DNA of 64,000 nucleotides from Eledone cirrhosa (lineage: Eukaryota). This document shows positions 27,226 through 41,617 of this stretch, piece by piece (position 1 is the stretch's first letter; each line of letters starts with the position of its first letter). The notes beneath the pieces were generated by a model. The model searched no databases. It was given only the letters and a program-made list of their open reading frames with translations, and was not told the origin of the DNA. The DNA lies in assembly GCA_964016885.1 (NCBI GenBank), contig OZ024760.1, positions 16,492,001 through 16,556,000 on the forward strand. Reading direction: 5' to 3'. Made by a program: the position numbers and the translations under genes.

Positions 27226-27263
27226 TTATTTCAATTTGCAGGAACTCAGCAGTTGACGAAATT
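27226..27263 (-). CDS. Calmodulin-like EF-hand protein, terminal coding exon
   Basis: Pyrimidine tract ccttctttcctttctacttctag|AA TTT CGT CAA CTG CTG AGT TCC TGC AAA TTG AAA TAA = (E)FRQLLSSCKLK*. Supplies Glu12 of EF4 at the conserved last calmodulin intron position. Confidence 0.88.
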
Positions 27264-27337
27264 CTAGAAGTAGAAAGGAAAGAAGGAAAAAAGGAAGGTT
27301 AATGAACAGCATTTATCTGTGTATTTGTGTATGTGCG

Positions 27338-27381
<44 letters not shown>

Positions 27382-27855
27382 CGTATAAGTGTATGTATGT
27401 GTCTCTGTGTATGTGTGTATGTGTATTTGTATATGTGTGAATGTGTGTATAAGTGTGTGTAGAAGTGTATATCTGTGTGTATTAAGTGTATATCTGTGTG
27501 TATTTGCGTATAAGTGTATGTATCTGTGTCTGTGTATTTGTATATGTGTGAATGTGCGTATAAGCGTATGTATGTGTGTGTGTATATACCTGTGTATGTG
27601 TGAATGTGCGTCTAAGTGTGTGTATGTTTGTGTGCGTGTTTATGATATTTCTTATAGGAGGGAGTTTAGGAACACACATACACACATACATACATAGATA
27701 TATACACACATGTATGTGTGTATATGTATATATATATATATGTACGTACAACATAGAAAACAATCAATTTTTTGTTTAATGCATTTAATTGCTGACGATC
27801 GTTTCTTTCAGACAACTGTCTGGAATCATCGGAGCATACACAATGTTTAAACAAG

Positions 27856-28080
27856 TAGAGGGGTTGCTGAAAAGTTCTTGGCTTTGGGTAAAAGAAAATA
27901 CATGAAGATCAGCTACTTATGATTTTATTTAACATATTCCCCTCTCAGATTCACACACTTATTATAGCGGTCCTTCAGTTTTTCTAAGCCCCGTAAAATG
28001 AACTCGAACTCGGAATGTTGGGCCTCCAACCGAGCCTCTGTACTTGCGATCAAACCAGGAACTTTTCAGCACCCCTTTGT
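27856..28080. mobile_element. Non-autonomous mariner-like DNA transposon
   Basis: TIRs gaggggttgctgaaaagttcttggc / ccaggaacttttcagcacccct. Confidence 0.75.
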
Positions 28081-28128
28081 GTGTGTGTGTGTGTGTGTGT
28101 GCGTGTGCGCGCGCGTGTGTATATATAG

Positions 28129-28360
28129 GAAGGCGCATGGCTTAGTGGTTAGAGCATTGGGCTTGCAATCGAAAGGTTGTGAGTTCAATTCTCGGACCGG
28201 GTGATGTGTTGTTTCCTTGAGCAAAACACTTTATTTCACTTTGTTCCAGTTTACTCGGCTGTAGAAATGAGATGATAGGGACTGGGGTCCCTATCATTAA
28301 ATTACCCAAGACACCTCCAACGAGATATACCAACTAAACCTGCATAGGTGTAAGCTGACA
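28129..28360 (+). mobile_element. SINE family B (in last intron of the calmodulin-like gene)
   Basis: Near-identical to 2468-2710 and 52796-53040; ends in (CA)n. Confidence 0.85.
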
Positions 28361-28494
28361 CACACACACACACACACGCGCACGCGCACGCACACGCGCG
28401 CGCACAAATAGGCAAGTAGGACCGTCAAATACATAAATCCGAACGTAGATATACTTAGAACAAACGCAAAGATAATACCCTAAAATATATTTAC

Positions 28495-28752
28495 CATTAA
28501 AGTCTATTTTGCCATCATTATTGAGATCTGCTTCCCGGAACATTTCTTTAATATCTTCATCTGAAACAGTCTCTCCTAGACGTTTCATTACTTTCCGAAG
28601 TTCCTGTTTATCAATATATCCATTTCCGTCTATGTCGAACACTCTGAATGCCTCTCGCGTTTTCTCGTCAATAGTCGGGGAAGGTATTAAGTTGTGTTGA
28701 GAAAATCTCTGCATCATTGTTAGGAATTCATCGTATTCCACGTAACCATTTT
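28495..28752 (-). CDS. Calmodulin-like EF-hand protein, internal coding exon (EF2 end, linker, EF3, most of EF4)
   Basis: Acceptor ctttacag|AA, donor G|gtaaat. 258 nt, phase 1/1, in frame with the 46053 exon: (E)[85 protein letters not shown]. Confidence 0.95.
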
Positions 28753-28775
28753 CTGTAAAGAAATCAAGTTAAGCG

Positions 28776-28834
<59 letters not shown>

Positions 28835-28952
28835 GAACAGATTAAAGTTTAAGCAAAGAATCGGTGCTTTCACCCTTAATGGGATCTTCTGAAACTAAAA
28901 AAATCTCTTTGGATTACTTACTGTGGTTACCCCCGATTGAACCAGGGATACA

Positions 28953-29041
<89 letters not shown>

Positions 29042-29138
29042 CTATACATACATTCATGTATACATCGCTATTTCAGAGCACCAATCCTAATATATATATA
29101 AGTAATATAAAAGTAAAGAAGATCGCTGGTATTAAGTC

Positions 29139-29307
<169 letters not shown>

Positions 29308-30565
29308 AAAAGGCAAACAGAAATAACAAATCAAACGACACAGTAGAATGAAGAAATACATTTTTAGTTTTACGCCTTTGATATATTTAGAAAATAGTCT
29401 TAACGTTAACCCTTCATCAGAAAAGAGAAATTAGAGAAAAAAATACATAGAAAGAGAAGGAGGGTGGGCAGTGGCTGGAAGAATGTCTCGTCAGAGGAAA
29501 TCCCGTTCCCTTACGAGACTTGAGAACAGGTTGAAACAGACGTACTCTCTGTTTCGGGCTGTATCTTTTCACTATATCTACCCCGAAGATCTCAAACAAG
29601 ACGCGCATGCGCGCACGCACAGTTTATTTTCAAACAACTGAAATGCATTAACAATTTAAGTTAGACTTGCATTCTAATCAGAAGGAACTATATTTCTCGA
29701 AGACTGTATTTCTATAAATAGAGTGCAGTACTACCTCAGTAGACCTCAGTACATATGTACTAGTGTCTGTAGACAGTGTGGTAGTAGTGGTTGTGGTGAT
29801 GTTGTGTTGTGGTGGTGTTGTGTTGTGTTGGTGTTGTAGTGGTGGTGGTGGTGGTGTTTTGGTGGTGGTGGTGGTGTAGAGTTTTGGTGGTGGTGGTGGT
29901 GGTGTTGTAGAGTTTTAGTGTTGTGTTGGTGGTGTAGAGTTTTGGTGGTGGTGGTGGTGGTGTTGTAGAGTTTTAGTGTTGTGTTGGTGTTGTAGTGTTT
30001 TGGTGGTGGTGGTGGTGGTGTTGTAGAGTTTTGGTGGTGTTGGTGTTGTAGTGTTTTGGTGGTGGTGGTGGTGGTGTTGTAGAGTTTTGGTGGTGGTGGT
30101 GGTGGTGTTGTAGAGTTTTGGTGGTGGTGGTGGTGGTGTTATTGATGCTGTGGTGTTGTAGTGTTTTGGTGGTGTTTGTGTTTGGTCGTGTTGGTGTTTG
30201 GTGATGTGGGGGTGTTGGGGTTGTAGTTTTGTGATGGCAGTGGTAGTAGTGGAGTTGGTGTTGTTGTGGTAGTAGTAGTCGTGTTGTGCTGGTAGAGGTG
30301 TTGTAGTAGTAGTTGTAGTGGTGTTGTGGTGGTAGTAGTAGTTGTCGTGTTGTAGTGTTATGGTGGTAGTAGGGTTGTGGTGGTGGTTTGGGGAGTATTG
30401 TGATGTTGGCTCTATGTAGTGGTGGTGTTGTAGTGGTGGTGTGGTGGTGGTGTTGTGGTGGTGGTGGTGTGGTGGTGGTGTGGTTGTGGTGGTGTTTATT
30501 TCATTGATTTCTATAAGTGGGAAAATATAAACACAATACCGGTGTAAACATAAACATATACGCAC

Positions 30566-30598
<33 letters not shown>

Positions 30599-30777
30599 AT
30601 ATATATATTTTATATATATTTTATATATATATACATATATATATTTATATATATATACATATATATATTTATATTTATTTATATTTATTTATATATATAT
30701 ATATATACACATACATACATACGTATGTGTGAGTATATATATATATACATATACATACATACATGTGTATGTGTGAG

Positions 30778-30810
<33 letters not shown>

Positions 30811-30919
30811 ATACATGTGTATGTGTGTATATATATATATATACACATACATACATGTGTATGTGTGAGTATATATATATATATGTGTATGTAAATGCAC
30901 TCTTGTTCCTTTTCTCATT

Positions 30920-30987
<68 letters not shown>

Positions 30988-31169
30988 GTTCTCTGTGCTT
31001 CTCTTGTTCCTCTCATTACTAAAATTTAGTTTATTTACTTTCCAGTTCATGTGGCACTTTACCGATAACAACAAAAACAACAACACCTCATAACATTACT
31101 GTGGAGTAGTTAGATGGTGTGTGTGTGTGTAGTTTATGCCTGTGTGTGTGTATGTGCATAGTTGATGCC

Positions 31170-31219
<50 letters not shown>

Positions 31220-31467
31220 ATTTGATGCCTGTATGTGTGTACATATTGTTGATATTTGTACGTGTGTGTATATCTATAGTTGGTGCCTGCCTGTGTGTGT
31301 GTCTATAGTTGATGCTTGTATGTATGTGTGTGTATATGTGTGTATCTATAGTTGATACCTCTGTGTGTGTGGTGTGTATGTCTCTGTGTGTGTGTGTATG
31401 TGTGTATCTATAGTTGATACCTCTGTGTGTGTGTGGTGTTTATGTGTGTGTGTGTGGTGTGTATGTC

Positions 31468-31548
<81 letters not shown>

Positions 31549-31624
31549 ATCTGTATGTGTGTGTGTGTGTATGTGTGTGTGTGTGTATCTGTATGTGTGT
31601 GTGTGTATATATATGTATGTGAAT

Positions 31625-32100
31625 CTATAGGTGATACCTGTATGTGTGTGTGTATATATATATGTCTATAGGTGATACCTGTATGTGTGTGTATATATGT
31701 ATGTCTATAGGTGATACCTGTATGTGTGTATATATATATGTCTATAGGTGATACTTGTATGTGTGTGTATATATATATGTCTATAGGTGATGCCTGTATA
31801 TGTGTATATATATATATATGTCTATAGGTGATACCTGTATGTGTGTATATATATGTATGTCTATAGGTGATACCTGTATGTGTGTATATATATGTATGTC
31901 TATAGGTGATACCTGTATATGTGTATATATATATGTCTATAGGTGATACTTGTATGTGTGTGTATATATATATGTCTATAGGTGATGCCTGTATATGTGT
32001 ATATATATATGTATGTCTATAGGTGATACCTGTATATGTGTATATATATATGTCTATACGTGATACCTGTATATGTGTATATATATGTCTATAGGTGATG
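31625..32100. repeat. About 36-40-bp minisatellite (tctataggtgatacctgtatgtgtgtatatatatatg)
   Basis: Direct inspection. Confidence 0.9.
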
Positions 32101-33177
32101 CCAGCCAGATTCTAAAGATTATTTCGTTACAGCAGGAACTATCCTTACTTCTACATCTGTTTCTCCGTTTACTTTACACATTAACTCAACCGTTTTGGCT
32201 ATAACATAAAACCTAACCACATATGCCAGTTAATATGATACTCTGTTAGAATTTTATAACTAATTTTCTTTTTCTTTTTCTTTCTTATTTATTTTTGTTT
32301 TATTTATTTTTGTTGTTGTTACGTCATACTCCTTTCTCTGTGTAGTTTATATCAAGATCAAGTTTGTGCTTAGAACACAAATAAACAATAAAATTGTTTA
32401 CATTTACATGGAAAAATGGAGTCTAAAAATTACAAAACAAAAGGCAAAAAAGCAAAAAAAAAAAAAAAAAGCAAAAGAGAAAAGAATCATAAAGAGTTCT
32501 TTCAAGGGGAGATAATTTTATATTTGGTTTCAACAGAGAAACCAATACACCATTGTTAAGAAGAGATTGTGTGTCAGTTTTAAGAGAAGTATTTTACAAA
32601 GGTTATCGAAAAAGGAGAATATGTATAACATCTCTTCCTTATATGGTGATCTTTTCTTCAAAGTCAACTTACAAATATCTACTTGAAACTTCAAGCTACA
32701 GATTTTCCATATATTACATAAAGATGGCTGCGGATTGGTGCTGTTAAAACCAGTAGAGCGCCGAACAAAATGCTTTGTGACATTTACTTATGTCTCTATA
32801 CGTTCCATGTTCAAATTTTGCTGAATTCGATTTTAGCTTTTATTTCTTTGGTGATATATAGTCCTTGAGTTGATGCTACTGACTGAACCCAACTCTATTC
32901 TGAGGATTATATACATACATGTATACATACATGTATACATACATGTATACATACACACACCATATACCTATATATATATCAATATATGCATATATATATA
33001 GTGTGTGTGCTTGCATAATTATACACACGCACATACATATATATTCATATATTTATAAATGTTATATATATATAACATTTATAAATATATGAATATATAT
33101 ATATGTGCATGTGTTATATATATATATATATATATATATGCATGTGTTTTATATATATATATATATATATGTGCATG

Positions 33178-33228
<51 letters not shown>

Positions 33229-33402
33229 GTAGGAGGTGAGTTTTATTGTAGTACAATAAAGCAATGCAGATATCGGATAAGAAGCACTCTACAGTTTGTA
33301 GGACTGGAGTATACATAATATATAAGATCAAAAGATGGTTGATTTAAAACTGCACTATCCACAAGTGTTTTTTTTTTTTTTAACCTTCATATCATGTCTT
33401 CC

Positions 33403-33471
33403 TGTTTTATCTGATGAAAACACAAATATTATTGCATGATGATATGTTTTTGAAATGCGCATAATAAAATA
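33403..33471 (+). ncRNA. Type I minimal hammerhead ribozyme (family H1)
   Basis: UGUUUUAU-CUGAUGA-long AU-rich stem II-GAAA-UGCGCA-UA-AUAAAAUA. 8-bp stem I, intact core, palindromic loop 3. Confidence 0.8.
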
Positions 33472-33499
33472 CATGGAACTCTTTTAACCATCTTTTGTT

Positions 33500-33544
<45 letters not shown>

Positions 33545-34305
33545 CACATGTGTGTGTGTGTGTGTATATATATATATGTATGTATGTTACACACACACAT
33601 ACATCCTTTAACATCACTAACGAAGTTTGCCAAATTCTTCGTTATATTTACAGATTTTATCACTTCTCCACCAATCTTACTCTCGTGATTTAACTGTCTT
33701 CCTATCTTCCCATCATGCAACAGTTAGAACCGTTGTTGTTTATGATGATGATGATGATGTTGTTGTTGATGGTGATGATGATGATGTTGGTGGTGGTGAT
33801 GGTGATAATGATGATGATGATGGTGGTGGTGATGGTGATAATGATGGTGATGGTGGTGGTGATGGTAATAATGATGATGGTGTTGGTGGTGATGATGGTG
33901 ATAATGATGATGATGGTGGTGATGGTGATAATGATGATGGTGTTGGTGGTGGTGATGGTGATAATGATGATGATGGTGGTGATGGTGATATTGATGATGT
34001 TGTTGGTGGTGATGGTGATAATGCCGATGATGGTGGTGGTGGTGATGGTGATAATGATGGTGATGGCGGTGGTGATGGTGGTGATGGTAATAATGATGAT
34101 GGTGGTGGTGATGGTGATAATGATGATGATGATGATGATGATGATGATATTGATGATGATGGTGATGGTGATGATGATATTGATGATGATGATGATGGTG
34201 GTGAAACTGATCTGATCTTGCAATGGCGGCGATAATATTAAATGTTTGAGTTTCATATTTGAGTTGACAGAGTGCCAGTGGTGCAGTGTTTGATGCTGCA
34301 TCTAA

Positions 34306-34340
<35 letters not shown>

Positions 34341-34429
34341 ACAACAACAGCAGCAACAACAACAACAACAAACATTGATGATGATAATAATGTTAATAAC
34401 AAAAACATATTGACAATAATAATAATAAT

Positions 34430-34667
34430 AATAATAATGTTTTTTCTGATTTGGGCACAAGGCCAGCAATTTGAGTGGCGGGGGGGGGGAGTCCATTAAA
34501 TCGGTCCCAGTGCATTACTGGTACTTTATTTTATTGACCCCCCCACCCACCGTAAGAATGAAAGGCAAAGTTAACCTTGCCAGGATTTGAACTCAGACCG
34601 TAAAGGGCCGTAACTCCATGCTGCAAAGGATGGTGTCCGATCCCTCTACTCGTGCTGCCAATCCAGC
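34430..34667 (-). mobile_element. SINE family A
   Basis: Same head, central domain and (ATT)n tail. Confidence 0.8.
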
Positions 34668-35245
34668 AACAGAAATAAGGAAAACAACAACAACAACAGT
34701 AACAGTGGTTCATCTCTTTCTCTTCCTCTCTCTCCCTGTCTCCCCCTCTCACTTTCCCCCCCTGTCCCCCTCTCTCTCCCTGTCCCTCTCTCTCTCCCTG
34801 TCCCTCTCTCTCTCCCTGTCTCTCTCTCTCTCTCACTTTCTCTCCCTGTCCCCCCTCTCCCTCTCTATCGCCGTCTCCTCCTCCTCTCTCTCTTTCCCCG
34901 TCTCCTCCTCCTCTCTCTCTTTCCGTCTCTCTCTCTCCCGTCTCCCGCCTCTCTCTCTCTCCCCGCCCCCGCTCCATCTCTCTCTCCCCTGTCTCCCCCC
35001 ATCTCCCCCATCTCTCTCTCCTCACTTATCCCACTTCATTTTATACCACAGGCTATTTACCTGTGTTGCGAATATATATATATATATATATATAATGTGT
35101 GTGTATATGTATATATGGATATGTATGTATATACACATACACGTATACAATCGTACAAAAAATACACTATGAGCACACTCAAAAAGGTGTCGATGTAAAT
35201 ACATAGAAACGCATATATATATATATATATATTGTATATATATAT

Positions 35246-35297
<52 letters not shown>

Positions 35298-35400
35298 ATA
35301 TATATATTATATATATTATATATATATTATATATATTATATATATATATTATATATATATATATATATTATATATATATATATATATTATATATATATAT

Positions 35401-35455
<55 letters not shown>

Positions 35456-35527
35456 ATATATATATTATATATATTATATATATATATTATATATATATTA
35501 TATTTATTATATATATATTATATATAT

Positions 35528-35558
<31 letters not shown>

Positions 35559-35758
35559 ATATATATATTATATATATATTATATATATATTATATATTAT
35601 ATATATTTATATATTATATATTATATATATTTATATATTATATATTATATATATTTATATATTATATATTATATATATTTATATATTATATATTATATAT
35701 ATTTATATATTATATATTATATATATTTATATATTATATTATATATATATATTATATA

Positions 35759-35801
<43 letters not shown>

Positions 35802-35820
35802 ATTATATATATATTATATA

Positions 35821-35873
<53 letters not shown>

Positions 35874-36675
35874 ATTATATATATATATATATATATTTGT
35901 TCTCGTACGCGAGAAAGAAAGACAAAAAAAAATCCTTCACAAAAACGAGTGAAATAGCAGTTTATTGGTTTAGGAACAGAATAAATTGGTTTCGCGGTTC
36001 TGAAAACTGTTTCTTTTCGTTATTTGAATTAAAACTTGGTCCGAATCAAAGAATGAGTTTATTCCTGTTTTTTCGATATATATATTCGTTTTCTAATTTT
36101 CTCTTCTTTTTTTTTTTCTTTCTTTTTTTTTTCTGATTTCACAGCTAAACGAATTTTCACTTAATACAACCGGGATGCAACACAATTCAAACCAACTACC
36201 TCTCACTCACACAAACCCTCCTCACCCCGCCATTAAAGCCTCTCTCTTAACAGCTTCTCACCGGAAGCTGCATAACCGCAGTGAATTGGCTCAGTAGCGG
36301 AGATTCGCCATTAAAATATTTCAAGCATGAAAGCGACTCTCTAACATTAGCATAAAGAACCACAACACCAACACCAACACCACAACAAGAACGGTACGTA
36401 CAACACTTATTATTATTTTATTTTATTTTATTTTATTTTATTTTATTTTATTTTATTTTATTTATTTGTTTATTTCCATTCGTTGTTTTTATGTATGGTA
36501 TGGTTTTGTTTTGTTTTTCAAATGAGAAATTCCATAAAAAAAATATTACAAATGTAAAACTTCCATGAAATCACATACCCGTATGACAGTAGCTAACATT
36601 ACGATATATTCAGACATGTGTGGGGGCGGGGACGCTAAAGTACGCATGCGTGATATTATTTCTGGCAACAACAAT

Positions 36676-36850
36676 GGCGGTGGATTGGCAGAATTTGGTA
36701 GAGAGTCGGATTATAATGCCATTGCGGTATTTGTTTTGGCTCTTTTCATTCTCAGCTGAAATCCTGCCGAAGTTAACTTTGCCTTTCATCCTTTCATCCT
36801 TACGGGGTCGATAAACAAAGCACCAGTAATGCAGTGGGGTCAATTTAATC
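36676..36850 (+). mobile_element. SINE family A (diverged)
   Basis: ggcggtggattggcagaa head; ttaactttgcctttcatcc...acggggtcgataaa. Confidence 0.75.
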
Positions 36851-37339
36851 AACCTTGTTCTTCGTCTGCCAAAAGTAGATATCGTTATTTCTGCCAGGAA
36901 TTGACATCGGTAGTTTGTAACCACAATGGAAAGACCAATAGAAACATAATTTCCTTGGTTCGATCTATCGACCTAACGATGTTTCTTTGTGTGTTGGACT
37001 TACGATCATAATGGGGTTTATTCGATTCTGGACTAGGCGGTGCGTTGTGTTCCTGAGCTCCAGTGCATTCATCTGATGAACTATCGTCCTGTCCAGTGGG
37101 GAGTCCTGCACTCTCAGTTGCCTAATGGCAATGACACCAGGATAAACTCCGGTCTGGTGAGCTTCCTAGATTAGGACAGGTTTTAACATATATATATATA
37201 TATACATATAACTAGGAATATTAACATAGACAAGACAACAAACGGAAACAAGGCAAAACGAAAAACAATTTTTTGAAGGGGAAACCTTAGAAAATTATTC
37301 TTTGAAAATACAAACGAAAGACACAGAACCCGGAGCAAT

Positions 37340-37970
37340 GATCTCTCAATTCAGAGAAGTAGCTACTCTACCTGGAGTGACTCTCTGATCTCCGGAATAA
37401 AATATGTCCAGAGATTCTTTCCTGAAACATTCTAACCGCATGTCCATAGTATGAGAGCTATGATCTCTCAATTCAGAGAAGTTGCAGCTCTACCTGGAGT
37501 GACTCTCTGATCTCCGGGCTACAAATATGTCCAGAGATTCTTTCCTGAAACATTCTAAACGCATGTCTATAGTATCAGAGCTGTGATCTCTCAATTCAGA
37601 GAAGTAGCGACTCTACCTGGAGTGACTCTCTGATCTCCGGGCTACAAATATGTCCAGAGATTCTTTCCTGAAACATTCTAAACGCATGTCTATAGTATGA
37701 GAGCTGTGATCTCTCAATTCAGAGAAGTAGCAGCTCTACCTGGAGTGACTCTCTGATCTCCGGGCTACAAATATGTCCAGAGATTCTTTCCTGAAACATT
37801 CTAAACGCATGTCCATAGTATGAGAGCTGTGATCACTCAATTCGGAGTGTCTTTCTGATCTCTGAGCTACAAATCTGTCCAGTGATTCTTTCCTGAAACA
37901 TTCTAACCACATGTCTGTAGTATCAGAGCTGCGATCTCTCAATTCGGAGATGTAACGGCTCTACTTGGAG
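37340..37970. repeat. 123-bp tandem repeat, about 5 copies
   Basis: gatctctcaattc (or close variant) recurs at 37340, 37462, 37585, 37708, 37831, 37933. Confidence 0.95.
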
Positions 37971-38267
37971 CGACAGAAATATTTGTCAGCCATGATAGAT
38001 AATCTGCAGAGCTATTCTCACAGAACATTATAAAACCTGACTTAATAATTGAACAGGAATAGACTGCATGAAGAACCTATATATAACTATATAACTGGAC
38101 TCAATAGTATCAGTTGGTTGCCTAACAGTGATTGGCAGCTGTGCAACACATTTCCGTTGAACAGTAATAAGCGCAGCACGTACGTGTAATCGGGGAAACT
38201 TTCTGTTAGAAACTCGTCAATATATGTATATAATATATGTATTTATATATGTATGTATATGTGTATA

Positions 38268-38320
<53 letters not shown>

Positions 38321-38454
38321 AATGTGTTTGTGTGCGTGTACGTATACGTGTCTGTATATATATGCGTATAATATGTTTCTCTCTCTCTCTCCATATAAAT
38401 ATGTACATACATATGTATACACACACACACTCATATACATACATACATACATAC

Positions 38455-38519
<65 letters not shown>

Positions 38520-38664
38520 GTGTTTGTGTGCGAGCACGTGTACGTATACGTGTCTGTATATATATGCGTATAATATGTTTCTCACTTTCTCTCTCTCTCT
38601 CCATATAAATACGTACATACATATGTATACACACACACACACACTCATATACATACATACATAC

Positions 38665-38711
<47 letters not shown>

Positions 38712-38899
38712 GTGTTTGTGTGCGAGCACGTGTACGTATACGTGTCTGTATATATATGCGTATAATATGTTTCTCACTTTCTCTCTCTCTCTCTCCATAT
38801 AAATACGTACATACATATGTATACACACACACACACACACACACACTCATATACATACATACATACATACATATATACAGATATATATATATATATAGG

Positions 38900-39110
38900 C
38901 GCTTAATTTGGCATTTCTAAATTGCTCTTAGCTGCGATGTTTGTCGATCAGTGGCAGGTTGTGTAGCTGTTGACTTTAGCACATCAACTGTTGTCTGTAA
39001 TTTACTCAGTGGGACATTGTTGTAGATATTGACACAACTTAGAAGTGTGTGAAGTGGGTGACATACACTGGTTAATATGCCCTGGTCAAACATACGTCAT
39101 CATGTCACAT
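38900..39110 (-). mobile_element. Possible Penelope-like RT fragment
   Basis: Minus frame [25 protein letters not shown] resembles the L.S.DV.SLYTN(V/I)P motif of Penelope-like RTs. Flanked by TA repeats. Confidence 0.35.
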
Positions 39111-39191
39111 ACATACATATATACATATATATTTATATATATATTTATATATATATATAGATACACACACACTTACACATATATATACATA

Positions 39192-39225
<34 letters not shown>

Positions 39226-39257
39226 CATATCTATATGCATATATATATATACATATA

Positions 39258-39401
<144 letters not shown>

Positions 39402-39421
39402 CATATATGCACACATACACG

Positions 39422-39477
<56 letters not shown>

Positions 39478-39505
39478 AACAAAAGATGGTTAAAAGAGTT
39501 CCATG

Positions 39506-39576
39506 TATTTTATTATGCACATTTCAAAAACAAATATCATCATGCAATAACATTTGCGTTTTCATCAGATAAAATA
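39506..39576 (-). ncRNA. Type I minimal hammerhead ribozyme (family H1, second copy, sense to host pre-mRNA)
   Basis: UAUUUUAU-CUGAUGA-AAACGCAAAUGUUAUU GCAU GAUGAUAUUUGUUUUU-GAAA-UGUGCA-UA-AUAAAAUA. Perfect 8-bp stem I and about 16-bp stem II. Confidence 0.8.
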
Positions 39577-39643
39577 GGGAGACATGATATGAAGGTTAAA
39601 ACATGAAGGTTAAAACACACTTGTGAATAGTGCAGTTTTAAAT

Positions 39644-39680
<37 letters not shown>

Positions 39681-39696
39681 TATATATATATATATA

Positions 39697-39736
<40 letters not shown>

Positions 39737-39894
39737 TATATATATATATCTACATATGTACCTATCTACCTATATATATGTGTATATATATATATATATA
39801 ATTATATATATATATCTACATATATACCTATCTACCTATATATATGTATATATATATATATTTATGTATATATGTGTATATATATATATTTATG

Positions 39895-39926
<32 letters not shown>

Positions 39927-40235
39927 TATACAGATATATATATACTGAGTATAGTGGAGCAACATTAACGCGTGTGTGTACATATGTGTATATATTATTT
40001 AGTATGATAAAGAAAGATGGTGATATTGGAAGGCATGATGATGATGACAATGATTGTGATGATGATGATGACAATGATGACGATGATGATGATGATGATG
40101 CTACTGTTGTATCGTAATTATGCTGGTGTCTTTGCTTCTGGTTTTGCTTCCTATTAGAATCAAATGACGCAATCAACAGGATAGAAATTCTTCATCTCGT
40201 CTACTAAGTTATGTTGTCGGTTCTCTGTAGAGAAT

Positions 40236-40489
40236 GGTACATTGAGGGAGGGAGGGAGGGGGGAGACGTACATTGAGGGAGGGAGGGGGGAGAAGTACAT
40301 TGAGGGAGGGAGGGGGGAGAAGTACATTGAGGGAGGGAGGGGGGAGAAGTACATTGAGGGAGGGAGGGGGAGACGTACATTGAGGGAGGGAGGGAGGGGG
40401 GAGAAGTACATTGAGGGAGGGAGGGGGAGACGTACATTGAGGGAGGGAGGGGGGAGAAGTACATTGAGGGAGGGAGGGGGAGAAGTACA
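40236..40489. repeat. About 27-bp G-rich minisatellite (gtacattgagggagggaggggggagaa)
   Basis: About 9 copies. Confidence 0.95.
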
Positions 40490-40540
40490 ATGGAAGAAAA
40501 AGACGAGGAATATAAGCACAAAAAAGGAATATAAGCAATC

Positions 40541-40595
<55 letters not shown>

Positions 40596-40636
40596 GTATG
40601 TGTGTAAATGTGTGTGTCTGTATATGTGTGTAAATG

Positions 40637-40667
<31 letters not shown>

Positions 40668-40770
40668 AAATGTGTGTAAACGTGTGTGTGTGTGAATGTG
40701 TGTGTGTGTGTGTATATGTGTGTAAATGTGTGTGTGTGTAAATGTGTGTAAATGTGTGTGTGTGTGTGAA

Positions 40771-40802
<32 letters not shown>

Positions 40803-41008
40803 ATCTTGCACATATACTATATAAATATATAGATATTTATGCAGATATACATATATACATATATACATATGTACATAAATATATATACAGATATATGCAT
40901 ATACATATATGTACAAACACGCACTCACGCGCACAAACACACACACACACACACACACACATTCCGCCCATATACTGTGCCAGATTGTGTTGTTATTTCT
41001 GTTTACCT

Positions 41009-41047
<39 letters not shown>

Positions 41048-41450
41048 TACATACATACATACATATATACATACATACATACACACATACACACATACAT
41101 ACATACATACAGGCACACACACACACAGGCACACACACACACACACACACACATACATACATACATACATACATACATACACACATACACACATACACAC
41201 ATACATACATACATGCATACATGCATACATGCATACATACATACATACATACATACACACATACATACATACATACATACACACATACACACATACACAC
41301 ATACATACACGCATACACGCATACACGCATACATGCATACATACATATATACATACATACATACACACATACACACATACATACATACATACACACACAC
41401 AGGCACACACACACACACACACATACATACATATATACATATATACATAT

Positions 41451-41499
<49 letters not shown>

Positions 41500-41506
41500 T
41501 ACATAT

Positions 41507-41617
<111 letters not shown>

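Noticed and set aside
27788-27850. CTGACGA plus hairpin followed by GGAG
   Set aside because: GAAA and the UH site are missing; at best a heavily decayed hammerhead.
28129-28200. tRNA-like sequences (also 52796, 56640, 36676)
   Set aside because: SINE heads followed by SINE bodies; no intact cloverleaf.
28334-28494. ORF extension GKYILGYYL... after DGKIDFN
   Set aside because: Intron read-through; donor at 28494 and a proper terminal exon at 27226-27263.
33627-34371. Asp/Gly-rich and poly-His ORFs
   Set aside because: (GAT/GGT)n repeat inside an intron, open in several frames.
37074-37100. CTGATGA motif
   Set aside because: Part of a SINE-like remnant; no stem II-GAAA follows.
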